DNA of 64,000 nt from Acidobacteriota bacterium (lineage in GTDB: Bacteria > Acidobacteriota > Terriglobia > Terriglobales > Acidobacteriaceae). The translations under genes and the position numbers were made by a program. This document shows positions 28,126 to 38,646 of this stretch, piece by piece (position 1 is the first letter of the stretch; every line of letters begins with the position of its first letter). Where the stretch lies: positions 401,768-465,767 of the forward strand of contig JABCZH010000001.1 of assembly GCA_013289795.1 (NCBI GenBank). Direction: 5' to 3'. The notes below the pieces were generated by a model. That model was not told where the DNA came from and ran no database searches. It saw only the letters and a list, made by a program, of their open reading frames with translations.

Positions 28126-30927
28126 ATGGGGGCGACGCCAAGTCAGTCCGGGATCGCGCGCTTCGGACTTTTTGAAGCGGATCTCGAACAAGGAGAACTG
28201 CGGAAGAGTGGTGTGCGCATTAAGCTGCACGACCAGCCTTTTCAGATTCTCGCTCTCTTAGTTGAACGCGCCGGGGAAGTAGTCACTCGCGAAGAGATCC
28301 GCCAAAGGCTGTGGCCGGGGAACACCTTCGTCGAATTTGACAACGGCCTGAATGTGGCGGTGAAGAAGTTGCGCGCCGCTCTGAGCGATGATGCCTATAG
28401 TCCCCGATTTGTTGAAACTGTGGCCCGGCGCGGTTACCGTTTTATTGCTCCTGTCGCGGTGGCCTCTAATGTCGTCGGGGCGGCCGGTTCCCCGAGCCTC
28501 CCCCCGGAGGCAGTTGTCCCCGTTTCGCCGGTTGCTGCTGGATACCCAAAACAACGCGAACTGATCATCGGGTTGATGATTCTGCTCCTGGTGCTGGCCA
28601 GCATCGGGGTCTATCGCTGGCGCAGTTCGCTTGCCATGAGAGTTGCGGCGAAGTCCAACGTCGCGCCGCCGATCATACCTCGCCCATCGGTGGCTGTGCT
28701 CGGATTCCGCAACTTGCCCGGACGTCCTCAGGAAGATTGGCTCTCCACTGCGTTTACCGAAATGCTTAGCACCGAACTTGCGGCCGGCGGCAGCCTGCGC
28801 CTGATCGCCGGAGAAGACGTGGCCAACGCCAAGCGCGATTTGCAGATTGGCGATGGCGACACTCTGGCGAAAGCTACGCTGGCCGACCTGCGGATCAACT
28901 CTGGAGCCGACGTTGTAGTCGTCGGTTCTTGTACGCCGCTCGACGAGAAGGGTCAAAAGCGCATCCGCGTGGATGTCCATCTGCAGAACACGGCGTCTGG
29001 CGAAACGATTGACGAAGAATCCTTCACGGGAGCGCAAGAAGGCCTTTTCGACCTTGCGTCGCATGCCGGTACGCGTTTGCGCGAGAGGCTCGGTGCCAAT
29101 TCCGTCCCGGCCGAAGCCATCAATGCGGCGCGAGCGTCTCTGCCGTCCAGCCAGCAGGCAACCCGGTTGTACGCGGAGGGTCGCGCCAAGCTTTGGGACT
29201 TTGACTTCCTCGCCGCGCGGGATTTGTTGGCCAGGGCGGTTGCCGCCGACCCGGGAAACGCGGAGGCGCACGCTGCACTGGCCGATGCATGGTCGGCACT
29301 GGGGTACGTTACCACCGCTCAAGAAGAGGCCAAGCGGGCGCTCGAACTTTCCTCTGCTCTTTCCCGGGAAGAACAACTTTCTATTGAGGGCCGCTATCGG
29401 GAACTTACCTGGGACTGGCCGAGAGCAATTGAGATCAACCGTGCATTGACCCAGTTTTATCCGGACAACCTGGCATATGGGCTGCGGCTTGCTGCCGTGC
29501 TTAGCAAAGGAGGTCAACCGCAAGACAGCTTGCTCGCAATCGCAGCGTTGCGCCGGCTCCCGAAACCTATTTCTGACGATCCTCGTATCGACCTGCAGGA
29601 AGCCAGCACATTCGATCGCGCGGGAGAGCACCTGCGGCTGCAAACCGCCTCCGCGAACGCCGCGGACAAGGCACAGAAACGCGGCTCCCGCGTCTTGTTA
29701 GCAGAGGCCAAGATCCAGCAGAGTGTGGCGGCCAGCCGACTCAACGATCCCAAGGGCGCGCTCGGTCTGGACGAAGAGGCTGAGAAAATCTACCAGGAAG
29801 CAGGCGATAAATACGGCCTAGCACGTGCGCGCTATCGCATGGCGGATCTTTTGTTTCAACAGGGAGAGTTCGCGCAATCGAATGCGATTCTCGAACAATG
29901 CTCGCAAGTCTTCCACGCTATCGGTGACGACGGGATGGCAACCGCAAGCTTGAGCGATATCGCCGGTGGGCTGGTGGAGATGGGAGAACTAAGCAAGGCA
30001 AAGAACATGTACCAGGAGGCACTGGTCGGCCAACGGCTGGTGCGTAATAAACGCGGAATAGCAGACGTGTTGACTAATCTCGGTGTGATCCTGTACGAAC
30101 AAGGAGACCTTACCAGCGCCAGAAAATACTACGAAGAAGCCCTGGCCCTCTACAGTGAGCTTGGAGAGAAGGGAGCTGTCGCAATCATCAAGAACAACAT
30201 GGGCGATGTGCTGCTGGATCAGGGTGAACTGTCTGCCAGCATGAGCCTTTACGATCAGTCGCTCGCCCTGCGCCGTGATCTGGGCATTGAAAGCGATGTG
30301 GCTGAGTCCATGCACAACATCGCGCAGGCACTAGGCTACCAGGGGGATATCGCTGACGCGCAGAAAACCTACGACGATGCACTCGCCATTCGAGTCAAAC
30401 GAGGGGAACAAGGGAATGCAGCCGGAACTCGCCTGGGCAAGGCTGAGTTGATGTTGGCATCGGGCAACGCGGGAGATTCTGAGCCGCTGGTCCGTTCAGC
30501 CCTTGAGCAGTTCAAGAAAGAGAAGCAAGTGCAGGAAGAGGTGTCCGCACACGCCACGCTTGCCCGGACCCTCTTGGAACTCGACAGGCTGGAAGAAGCG
30601 AAAGCAGAGGTCGCGCAGGCAACCAAACTGATTGACAAGAATGAGAGCTACAGGGTCCGGCTGAAAATGGAGATTGCCGCCGCCGAGGTGCTTTCCGCCG
30701 GAGGAAAACCCGATGGGGCCGCTCGGAATTTGCGGCTAACCATCAAGGATGCTCAGAAGGCAGGCTTCTTCGTTTGTCAACTGGAGGCGACTCTGGTCCT
30801 GGCCAAAATTGAAGCGAAGTCTGGCAAGAACACGGAGGCTCGGACCCTCCTGCAGTCAGTTGAGAAAGATGCGCGCAGCAAGGGATTCCTGCTTATCGCT
30901 CGCGAGGCTGTTGCCGAACGCACTTAG
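28126..30927 (+). CDS. Membrane-anchored winged-helix (OmpR/CadC-type) transcriptional regulator with large TPR domain
   Basis: 933 aa. N-terminal trans_reg_C-like wHTH (FGLFEADLEQGELRK...ILALLVERAGEVVTREEI...RRGYRF), one TM (LIIGLMILLLVLASIGVY), then about 700 aa of TPR repeats. Confidence 0.8.
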   Translation: MGATPSQSGIARFGLFEADLEQGELRKSGVRIKLHDQPFQILALLVERAGEVVTREEIRQRLWPGNTFVEFDNGLNVAVKKLRAALSDDAYSPRFVETVARRGYRFIAPVAVASNVVGAAGSPSLPPEAVVPVSPVAAGYPKQRELIIGLMILLLVLASIGVYRWRSSLAMRVAAKSNVAPPIIPRPSVAVLGFRNLPGRPQEDWLSTAFTEMLSTELAAGGSLRLIAGEDVANAKRDLQIGDGDTLAKATLADLRINSGADVVVVGSCTPLDEKGQKRIRVDVHLQNTASGETIDEESFTGAQEGLFDLASHAGTRLRERLGANSVPAEAINAARASLPSSQQATRLYAEGRAKLWDFDFLAARDLLARAVAADPGNAEAHAALADAWSALGYVTTAQEEAKRALELSSALSREEQLSIEGRYRELTWDWPRAIEINRALTQFYPDNLAYGLRLAAVLSKGGQPQDSLLAIAALRRLPKPISDDPRIDLQEASTFDRAGEHLRLQTASANAADKAQKRGSRVLLAEAKIQQSVAASRLNDPKGALGLDEEAEKIYQEAGDKYGLARARYRMADLLFQQGEFAQSNAILEQCSQVFHAIGDDGMATASLSDIAGGLVEMGELSKAKNMYQEALVGQRLVRNKRGIADVLTNLGVILYEQGDLTSARKYYEEALALYSELGEKGAVAIIKNNMGDVLLDQGELSASMSLYDQSLALRRDLGIESDVAESMHNIAQALGYQGDIADAQKTYDDALAIRVKRGEQGNAAGTRLGKAELMLASGNAGDSEPLVRSALEQFKKEKQVQEEVSAHATLARTLLELDRLEEAKAEVAQATKLIDKNESYRVRLKMEIAAAEVLSAGGKPDGAARNLRLTIKDAQKAGFFVCQLEATLVLAKIEAKSGKNTEARTLLQSVEKDARSKGFLLIAREAVAERT

Positions 30928-30978
30928 CTGACATGCTGGCACCGGCGGACTGTCTTGCCGTGTGCGGAAATCCTGTGA

Positions 30979-31000
30979 TTTCCCCACATTTGCCCCCCGC
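30979..31000. repeat. Short intergenic repeat, copy C (TTCCCCACATTTGCCCCCCGCA)
   Basis: 19 of 20 nt identical to copy A. Lies between the convergent stops of 28126..30927 and 31086..32915. Confidence 0.4.
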
Positions 31001-31085
31001 ATTTCTCCGAGCGAACCAAAGAGTGATTGTTACATCGCGATAGCACTCATTGACCCGATTCGTGAGTATGATTGCCCGCAAGTTG

Positions 31086-32915
31086 TCATTTTGTTCCCTT
31101 GGTACCCTTCATTGTTTGTTGTGCCTGAACCAGATTTGCGACCAGAACGTCCACCAGTGTGCTTCCGCTTCCAGTGCCAGACCCGCTCCCGTTGACTAAG
31201 ATATCGGGAACCAGCTTGATACCGTGACTGGCGAGAGAATCAGCAATCTGTACAGCGGCGTAGTTGGCTGATTCCATTGACGCGATCTTCTGCTTGATGA
31301 CATCCGCCTCCGCCTCTCCGACAGCGCGAGTCTTTCCTGCTTGGGCTGTGCCCACCGCGGTAATAACCTGAGCGTCAGCTTGAGCATTGATGGTTTTGGA
31401 TTTGGCTTCGCCTTCCGCCGCCTTGACCACAGCCTGCGCGGCGAAGTCGGCAATCGTGACGTTTCGCTCCGAGTCAACGACGCGATGTTGAGTGTCGGCC
31501 ATCGCCTTGGCTTGCTCCAAATCCTTTCGCGTCTCCTCCGCCAGTTTCTGGTTCTCGAAAGTGATCTTCGATTGTTCCGCCAGTTTGCGATCCGTAAGGG
31601 TCTTCATCAGCTCGGGCGGTGGCGTGATGTCGCCAATCAATGTGTCCACTGCGTTGACGTTGTAATCGACCAGCCCCGCGGAGATCGCCTCCTTGGCCTC
31701 CTTCTGTCTTTGTGAACGGTTCTTGAGGAAGTCAATCACGTCTGAGGATTGAGCGGCGTTGCGGAAGTAGTTCCCAATGGTGGGCTCAAGAACCTGTGTC
31801 ACCAGATTGGTCATGCTGCCGAACCGGGCAATGACCTTGGGTGCGTCGTTGCGTGGAATATGAATGATCTGGCTCACGTCGAGATTGAAGGTGAATCCGT
31901 CTGAAGACCTCACGGTGATCGTGGAGAGGTTCTTGTCCAGCATGTGTGCTTCTGTTTTGCCAGTGGCCCAATTGAGCACCACGTTGGCCGTGGGGACGCA
32001 CTCAACCTTGTTAGTGTAGGGATTGATCGGGTATTTGCCGGGGTCGAGAGGGTCGATCCACACACCTTTTTGCCCGCGTTTGACGAGATTGCCATGCTTG
32101 AAGGTGTCACCGGTCAGATCCTCGCCAGGTTCACCGACATAAGCAATAACAACTCCGACGTTCGCGATTGGAACCTCGGTCATAGGCTTGGTGTCCACCG
32201 TAGCAAACCGTGGATTGATGAAGTAACGGCCGGCGAGGATGACCTGCTCCTGGAGGCCTTTGAAGCCACCGCTGGTGATGAACGCTTCAGCATCCTGGTA
32301 GAGATTGTGCCCAGGAACTTCCTTACCCGCGATATCTCCGGTAGGCAGGGGCTGGCCGTCTTTAGTCGTCACGATTCCAACCATGTTGTCCTCGATCTCA
32401 AGCATCGGCGCAGGGGCAACTGAAAACAGTGCCGGATTGATCCGGTAGGTTCCTGGGGGGATTACTGAAATTTGTGGCCCGCGCTCGCCGCCGTTCCTGA
32501 GAAACGCACGCGCATCCTGGAAAGCGTTGCACTCCACCGTCCGGGCCAAAACTCTGCCACCGGAAAGAGGCTTCCCATCTCTCGCCTCGACGACCCCGAT
32601 CATGGACTTGTCGACGGTGATAAATTTCTGAAGCGTCACCTTGAACTGCCACGGCCACAAGCCAAAGTGAACTCCCGGAGCCAAGGTGTCGGCTTGCAGA
32701 CCTGCCTCACCATTCAAAGCGATGATAGCGCCGACAGGTAACGCTCGATTCTTGCCGAACAGTGCCCACTTCTTGTTGACCACGCCAAGAGAATCTTCCG
32801 GCACTACGATAGCGCCGAATATTCGCAGCACCATTCTGTAGCAAAGCGCCAGAACGACGAGTGCTGCTAACCATCCCCAATGGGTGGCCAGCTCTAGTAG
32901 CGTATGCGCGTCCAT
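31086..32915 (-). CDS. Flotillin-like SPFH/band-7 protein (YqiK/FloT-like)
   Basis: 609 aa. N-terminal TM, SPFH domain, then long coiled-coil with EA-rich repeats (AEGEAKSK, VGEAEADV) and C-terminal GSGSGTGSGS. Confidence 0.85.
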   Translation of the reverse strand: MDAHTLLELATHWGWLAALVVLALCYRMVLRIFGAIVVPEDSLGVVNKKWALFGKNRALPVGAIIALNGEAGLQADTLAPGVHFGLWPWQFKVTLQKFITVDKSMIGVVEARDGKPLSGGRVLARTVECNAFQDARAFLRNGGERGPQISVIPPGTYRINPALFSVAPAPMLEIEDNMVGIVTTKDGQPLPTGDIAGKEVPGHNLYQDAEAFITSGGFKGLQEQVILAGRYFINPRFATVDTKPMTEVPIANVGVVIAYVGEPGEDLTGDTFKHGNLVKRGQKGVWIDPLDPGKYPINPYTNKVECVPTANVVLNWATGKTEAHMLDKNLSTITVRSSDGFTFNLDVSQIIHIPRNDAPKVIARFGSMTNLVTQVLEPTIGNYFRNAAQSSDVIDFLKNRSQRQKEAKEAISAGLVDYNVNAVDTLIGDITPPPELMKTLTDRKLAEQSKITFENQKLAEETRKDLEQAKAMADTQHRVVDSERNVTIADFAAQAVVKAAEGEAKSKTINAQADAQVITAVGTAQAGKTRAVGEAEADVIKQKIASMESANYAAVQIADSLASHGIKLVPDILVNGSGSGTGSGSTLVDVLVANLVQAQQTMKGTKGTK

Positions 32916-33145
32916 AATCTCCGCCTTTCATCGCCGATTCGGGTGTCACTTGATTTCGACAGTTGTTTCCGTCCAATGCATTCGGAAAAAGCGTGGCTTA
33001 TTTGCATTTTCCTGACTGGTCTCTGAGAGTATAGCTCTGATGTCGGAGGTTAACGGACCTACGGGCAGGGGGAGCCACGGCGGTCCAGTTTTCGGCACCT
33101 TCAAAAACCATGTTCACAATAACTTGTTGTCTTGCTGAGGCTGAG

Positions 33146-33391
33146 TCACCATAAAAGAAGCAACTCGACGACGCCCGCAGCCGCTGCCGCTATTAGCACG
33201 CACTTCGTCCACGTGGGAACGGCCCTTCGCGTTAGCGGAAAGCAGAGCAGAGCGAGGGCAAACAGGGTGATGGCGATCCTCTCTATGTGGCTGTACACCC
33301 TTTCAACACGGTGCTGCTGCTGCAGCTCCGCCACCCTCGCATTCATATCTTCCATATCGGTGCCGACGATGGACACGTTTAAGGAAGACAT
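33146..33391 (-). CDS. Small hypothetical membrane protein upstream of flotillin (uncertain)
   Basis: 81 aa, amphipathic N-terminus and two hydrophobic segments. Competes with overlapping ORFs 33303..33527 (-) and 33132..33482 (+), so choice of frame is uncertain. Confidence 0.25.
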   Translation of the reverse strand: MSSLNVSIVGTDMEDMNARVAELQQQHRVERVYSHIERIAITLFALALLCFPLTRRAVPTWTKCVLIAAAAAGVVELLLLW

Positions 33392-33638
33392 TCTCGGCTC
33401 GGTGCCACGCTCTCAGCGCGACGAAGAGAATGATCGTAAGGACCAGACCCGCGAGTGCAAGAAGCACTCCCAGAGGCTGTGAGATCGGAACTGTCGCTTT
33501 GGCCGGGTTGTCGTCCTGGGCGATCATTGGCGCTAGCGCACAACGAATCCAACTACTCGGTCAGGTGGCGTAACATCCAGATTGCTCTAATCTTCGCCCG
33601 CGCCGAGTCTTACGGTGAGGCGGCCTGTTTCCGTCCAA

Positions 33639-35348
33639 TCATGATCGGGGGATACCGGCGTCCCGCTCCGACCCGTCATCGACGAGCACGCGCAGGGGGC
33701 CCAGCCAGGGCTCGTAGCGCCGCCAACGCGCGACCGAAGTGCGATAGATCGGCTGCCGGGTCTGCCACTTGCTGGGGGTCTTCACCGCCCTCGGATTGGA
33801 TTCGGGGCGCAGACACGCGTCGTTCCACGGCAGGCCGCAGGCCGCGATGATCCGCCGGATCGCAGGTTCGGGCGCGCGCGTCAGTTTCTCGTAATCGACT
33901 TCGATGAAGCGATCAGCCGGCAGCACGCTTCGCCAGTGGTCGGTGAGCTTCCGATAGCTCTGGAAATACGCGACCAGCTCGGCGCCTCCGGTCGGGAACG
34001 CGAGGGCCGGATGGAAGAACGTTTGATGGATTGACAGCGCCGTGTCGACTGCGGCGCGGCGGCAATGAATGATCGTGGCTTTCGGGAATGCCACGTGAAT
34101 CAGCCCGGCCCAAAGGAAATTGAACGGCATCTTGTCGGTCACTCGCGCCGCCTTCGGCGCAATCGCGCGCAGCACGCCGAGGTACTCTGCCGCCGCCTTG
34201 GCCAAGAACTCCGAGAGAACGAACTGCTTCTCATCGCCGACCGAGGAGCGGTGCCACGCCGCCCCGCGTTCGTTCCAGAAATTCAACTCGCCGCCAGCCC
34301 CGACCTCGGGATGCATGGAGACGATCTGCTCGACGAGAGTTGTGCCGGACCGTGGCATACCGATGATCAGCACCGGTGTCGCATCGTCGCTGCCGAGTTC
34401 GGACGTCCGCGCGATGAATTCGGGCGTGCAGTGGGCAATCAGCCGGTCGATCTCGCTGGAGAACGCGGTTGAGTCGAACGACGTAGAGCCGCGGCGCACG
34501 GCGTCTGCGGCGTCGCAATGCTGCATGGCCAAGCCGTAGTCGCCAAGATCCTCCGCCGCCTTGCCAATCGCGAGGTGAAGCCGCTGGCGTTGTTGCGCTT
34601 CCAGTCCCGGCGTGGCCACGGCGGCCTGCATCGCTTGAAGCAAACCGTTGTCACCGCTCGTGACCGGACGGCACCGGACCAAATCGTAGTAGCTTCCCGC
34701 CAGCATCGGCGCGATCGCGATCGTGCGTTCGAAGCATGCGCGCGCCTCGTCGAAACGGCCGAGCTCGGAGAGCACACTGCCCAGCAAATCGTACGCCATG
34801 GCGTTATTCGGATCGGCCACGAGCATCTCTCGCAATACCTGTTCGGCTTCCTGATTGCGATCCTCGATCACCAGCGCCCGTGCCTTACCAAGGCGGCCGA
34901 AGTTGGTCCTCCCTCCCGTCACCGCCGCGCGCCGGAAACAGGCGATGGCGTCCTCGCGATGGCCGAATGTGTAAACCAGCGCACCGGCGCGGAACCACGC
35001 CTCGGTCAGGGATGGCAGCAGCTTGGTGGTGCAGTCGTACGCCGCGAGTGCTCCGCGTATGTTGCCCAACTGCTCGAAGGCGATTCCCAGGCGGAAATAT
35101 GCATCTGCGTAGCGCGGGTTGCTGGCGACGGCCCGCTGCAATGCCGCGATGGCATCCGGCAGGCGGCCGACCTCGAGGCAGGCGAGGCCGAGATCGTGTT
35201 GGATGATGGAATTGGACGGCTGCAACAGCGCTGCTTCCCGCAACGGCGCGATCGCGTCGGCGGGTCGCCCGGCCCTGAGCAATTCAGCGGCCGACACCAG
35301 CAGATGCTCCACTTGATCAAGCGCGGCTGGGTTTGGAGACTGGGACAT
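33639..35348 (-). CDS. TPR-repeat protein fused to a sulfotransferase domain
   Basis: 569 aa. N-terminal about 300 aa TPR. C-terminal domain has the PAPS-binding P-loop PVLIIGMPRSGTTLVEQIV and downstream RD/K motifs of the sulfotransferase family. Confidence 0.8.
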   Translation of the reverse strand: MSQSPNPAALDQVEHLLVSAAELLRAGRPADAIAPLREAALLQPSNSIIQHDLGLACLEVGRLPDAIAALQRAVASNPRYADAYFRLGIAFEQLGNIRGALAAYDCTTKLLPSLTEAWFRAGALVYTFGHREDAIACFRRAAVTGGRTNFGRLGKARALVIEDRNQEAEQVLREMLVADPNNAMAYDLLGSVLSELGRFDEARACFERTIAIAPMLAGSYYDLVRCRPVTSGDNGLLQAMQAAVATPGLEAQQRQRLHLAIGKAAEDLGDYGLAMQHCDAADAVRRGSTSFDSTAFSSEIDRLIAHCTPEFIARTSELGSDDATPVLIIGMPRSGTTLVEQIVSMHPEVGAGGELNFWNERGAAWHRSSVGDEKQFVLSEFLAKAAAEYLGVLRAIAPKAARVTDKMPFNFLWAGLIHVAFPKATIIHCRRAAVDTALSIHQTFFHPALAFPTGGAELVAYFQSYRKLTDHWRSVLPADRFIEVDYEKLTRAPEPAIRRIIAACGLPWNDACLRPESNPRAVKTPSKWQTRQPIYRTSVARWRRYEPWLGPLRVLVDDGSERDAGIPRS

Positions 35349-35358
35349 GGGTGCGAAC

Positions 35359-38300
35359 CTAGAAAGTGAACCGTGCCGCGAACTGCAACACCCGTGGAAG
35401 GCCGTTCGGGCTAATCTCCTGGAGCGCTCCGAAGTTGCCTGGGCCAGAGTTGGGCACCAGATAGCAGGATTGCTTCAGGGTTGCACCGTCACCGCAGTTG
35501 GTCCCGATGGGGTTGTATTGCAGTTGGTTGATCCCGTTGCCATTCTGCACATAGTAGTTGGCGTGGTTAAACAGATTGAAGGCCTGCACTTGAAATTGGA
35601 GTTCCGTGCCCTCGCGGATTTCGAAGCTTCGCGCCAAACCAACATCGATCCTCTCCAGCCATGGACCATAAAAAGAATTCAGGCCGATTCCCGGCGTGGG
35701 GCCACCGCCGTTGATGCCCGCCGCAGTGTTCGCGGTACCCTGATTAAACGCGCTGTCATTCAGGTTGCCATTGGCGCCGTCGCAATTGGTGAAAGACAAG
35801 GTGGAACTTGTGCACGCGGGACTCAACAATCCCGCGTACGGACGGCCAGAAGAAAACTCCATGACACTGCTCAGCGTCCAGCCGGAGAGTAACGCGCGGC
35901 CGGTGTCAGACTTGGTCAACTTTTCCAACCCGGGTTGATAGACACCGGCAAGCGTAATGCGATGCCGCTGGTCTAGCAGCGAAGCAGCGTGAGTATTACT
36001 GAAGTCGAACTGATTGTTGAAGTCCATCCCGTCGAGCATTATGCTCTTGGCGAACGTATAGGACAACTGCAGCGAAAGGCCTCGTGACATGCGCCGCTGC
36101 AACTGTACAAAAAAAGAGTTGTAATAGTTTTGCCCGGGGCTGATCAATTCGTTGATCTGGCCAAAGTGTGGGTTGATGCGGCCTTCACTCAGCAGACCGT
36201 TGTCCATGTTCGGTAGAGTGAGGGTCCGCCCACTGCAGGGCGCTGTGGTTGTGCCGGGCGGGCAGACGATGTACGTCGTCGTGCCCTGCAGTGGATTCAG
36301 GTTTAAGTCATAGGCACTGCCCGAGAGCAGATGCACGCCGTGATTCCACATGGTGCCGATACTGACCGTTGTGTCTCGGGAAATCTCGCGCTCAATCTGT
36401 AAACTCGCCTGCAATATATAGGGCACTCGAAACTGCGGAGAGACCAAGGAAATGTCCGGGGAGGCCTGAAACAGGGGGGAAGTACTCGGAAGGATATTTG
36501 GGAACGTTGGCACCTGCTGGTTCGGCGCACCCGCAGTGTAACTGAGACTTACCGAGGACTGTTGCGACGCCAGTCCGTCTGAAACAACCGAGTTGCGGTA
36601 GTTCAGGCCGTTCATGTTGGTATAGAACCGGCCGAATCCTCCGCGCACTACGGTCTTCGACGTGGGCTGCCAGGCAAATCCGAAGCGCGGCGCCAGGCGC
36701 AGAAATCGGTTGGGATATTGTCCGGTGAGCGGAAAGGCGGGATTTTTCGCGGGTTGCGGATAAACCTGGAAGTCCTCGCGCAGTCCCATCTCCAGCGTCA
36801 ACTTCGGCAAAACGCGGAACGAGTCCTGCACATAGAATCCATAGTAAGGCACGGTAAAAGAAAAAGCCGGCTTTCCCGAAGTCTGACTGAACACGTTGTA
36901 TTCGCCGAGCGCCAGAGCCTCCAGATTCGAAAACTCGTAACTGCCTAGGAACGACCCGAACTGGACGGCGGCATTCGGATCCGCGCCGCCATTATTGCTG
37001 TCCGCGTCCCAGGCGCGGTTCATCTCGAAACCGAATTGCAAAGTGTGTTTGCCAATCACGTAATCGACCCGGTCGGCGAAAGAATACTGTCTTTCAAAAA
37101 CTCTTCCGACAGAGAAGGGAGCGTTGCCCAGGATAAGAGCGGACGGGCTATCCAGAATCAATGTGGGGATACCGGGGGCCAACCCGGTCGGTGTCGAGAT
37201 CTCATTGTCTTGCGAAGTGCCGGCGTGGAATTCATTCAGTAGTCTCGAGGAGAACGTGTGCGTCCATCCCAGACTGGCCTGGAAGGTATGCACATAGGCA
37301 TTGGCCAGTGTCTGCGTTCCATAGTTACCTACCGTGGGGTCGGTGATGACGCCTCCAGGCGAGTTGAAGCGATTGACATTGAGGCTCAGGAACAGGCTAT
37401 CGCGCGAACTGGCCCGAAAGTCCAGCCTTGGTGCGATCACCAGATCGTCGCGCTTTCTGGCCTTGCTGCCAAGATTGGAGTTGAGCGCGTTCACGGTGTT
37501 CGAAACCTGCTGGAGGTATACCGGATTGGTCGGATCAGGTGCGGTGTCGCTGCCCGGTACCGGCAAGGGTCCGTTTGGCGCAGGTAGCGATGTCCCGGCT
37601 GGAATCCCAAAATTAGCGGTCAAAAAAGAGGCCAAGTTCGTTGGAGTCGTCGCTAACGCCGGGTTGATAACGGAAATCGGATTGTTCCGCAGTTGTTGCT
37701 CGTAATCCAGGAAGAACCATAAACGATTCCGCGCGATTGAGCCACCGAGCCCGACGCCGAATTGCTGTAGGGCGTCTTCTGGCTTCGCAAAACCAGCGGC
37801 TTTGTCGAGGGCGTCGTTGGCCCCAGTCGCGGAGTTCCTGTTGTAATAAAATGCGCTGCCGTGGAACACATTGCTTCCCGACCGCGTCACCGCATTGACG
37901 AATCCCGCTCCACCTCCATAGATCGCCGAATACGGGCTCACCGAGACTTGAAACTCCTCGATTCCGTCCTCCCCGTACAGGTACGGGATGCGGTAACGGC
38001 CGATAATATCGGCAAAGAAGTTGTTGGTAGCATTGCTTCCGTCAACGGTGAAAGCATTGGAACCATTTCCATTGGCGTATCCCGAGTCCTCTCCGCCCTG
38101 TTGTCCAGCAATGCTCACCAGGCCCGTGTCGCCGTCGTAGCTGGTATTGGGCGTCAGCGTCGTGAAGTCGGTGTAACGGCGGCCATTGAGCGGCAGTTCA
38201 TCAATAAAAGATCGCTCCAGGACCGTGCTTGCGGAGGATTCAGCCGGCCGCAGCAGCGGCGCCGTCCCAATCACCTTGACCTGGTCCGACCCGGCCCCGA

Positions 38301-38646
38301 CTTGCAGTTTGACGTCCTGTAACGTGGTGCTCCCTACCCGCACTTGCACTAAGACCTGGACAGTACGAAAACCCTTTTGACTTGCGGTGATGGAATAGGC
38401 GCCCGGCATCAGCGCCGGAAGCTGATACAGACCTTCACGGTTGGTCTCTGCCGATTGATTCACGCCGGTCGCAAGGTTACGTACGACCACCGATGCTCGC
38501 GGCACCACCGCTCCCGTCTGGTCCGTGATCCGTCCGCTCAGCGCGCCGCTTAGTACAACATTCTGCGCTGGTGACTGGACCGTGATTACTAAGAGGAACA
38601 ATGCGGCGAATAGACGAAACGTTTTCGGTTTCGAGTTGATTTTCAT
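35359..38646 (-). CDS. TonB-dependent receptor-like outer-membrane protein with N-terminal carboxypeptidase-regulatory-like domain
   Basis: About 1095 aa from the internal ATG (MKINSKPK, signal peptide). CarbopepD_reg-like start (LSGRITDQTGAVVPRASVVVRNLATG...GLYQLPALMPGAYSI). Beta-barrel-type alternating sequence ending in aromatic ...RFTF. Confidence 0.85.
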   Translation of the reverse strand: MKINSKPKTFRLFAALFLLVITVQSPAQNVVLSGALSGRITDQTGAVVPRASVVVRNLATGVNQSAETNREGLYQLPALMPGAYSITASQKGFRTVQVLVQVRVGSTTLQDVKLQVGAGSDQVKVIGTAPLLRPAESSASTVLERSFIDELPLNGRRYTDFTTLTPNTSYDGDTGLVSIAGQQGGEDSGYANGNGSNAFTVDGSNATNNFFADIIGRYRIPYLYGEDGIEEFQVSVSPYSAIYGGGAGFVNAVTRSGSNVFHGSAFYYNRNSATGANDALDKAAGFAKPEDALQQFGVGLGGSIARNRLWFFLDYEQQLRNNPISVINPALATTPTNLASFLTANFGIPAGTSLPAPNGPLPVPGSDTAPDPTNPVYLQQVSNTVNALNSNLGSKARKRDDLVIAPRLDFRASSRDSLFLSLNVNRFNSPGGVITDPTVGNYGTQTLANAYVHTFQASLGWTHTFSSRLLNEFHAGTSQDNEISTPTGLAPGIPTLILDSPSALILGNAPFSVGRVFERQYSFADRVDYVIGKHTLQFGFEMNRAWDADSNNGGADPNAAVQFGSFLGSYEFSNLEALALGEYNVFSQTSGKPAFSFTVPYYGFYVQDSFRVLPKLTLEMGLREDFQVYPQPAKNPAFPLTGQYPNRFLRLAPRFGFAWQPTSKTVVRGGFGRFYTNMNGLNYRNSVVSDGLASQQSSVSLSYTAGAPNQQVPTFPNILPSTSPLFQASPDISLVSPQFRVPYILQASLQIEREISRDTTVSIGTMWNHGVHLLSGSAYDLNLNPLQGTTTYIVCPPGTTTAPCSGRTLTLPNMDNGLLSEGRINPHFGQINELISPGQNYYNSFFVQLQRRMSRGLSLQLSYTFAKSIMLDGMDFNNQFDFSNTHAASLLDQRHRITLAGVYQPGLEKLTKSDTGRALLSGWTLSSVMEFSSGRPYAGLLSPACTSSTLSFTNCDGANGNLNDSAFNQGTANTAAGINGGGPTPGIGLNSFYGPWLERIDVGLARSFEIREGTELQFQVQAFNLFNHANYYVQNGNGINQLQYNPIGTNCGDGATLKQSCYLVPNSGPGNFGALQEISPNGLPRVLQFAARFTF

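Noticed and set aside
33303-33527. Frameshift fusion of ORFs 33303..33527 and 33146..33391 into an NfeD-like partner of flotillin
   Set aside because: The (CAG)3-4 repeat in the overlap is a triplet repeat and cannot shift frame. The combined product lacks an NfeD OB-fold. A 230-bp gap to flotillin argues against tight coupling.
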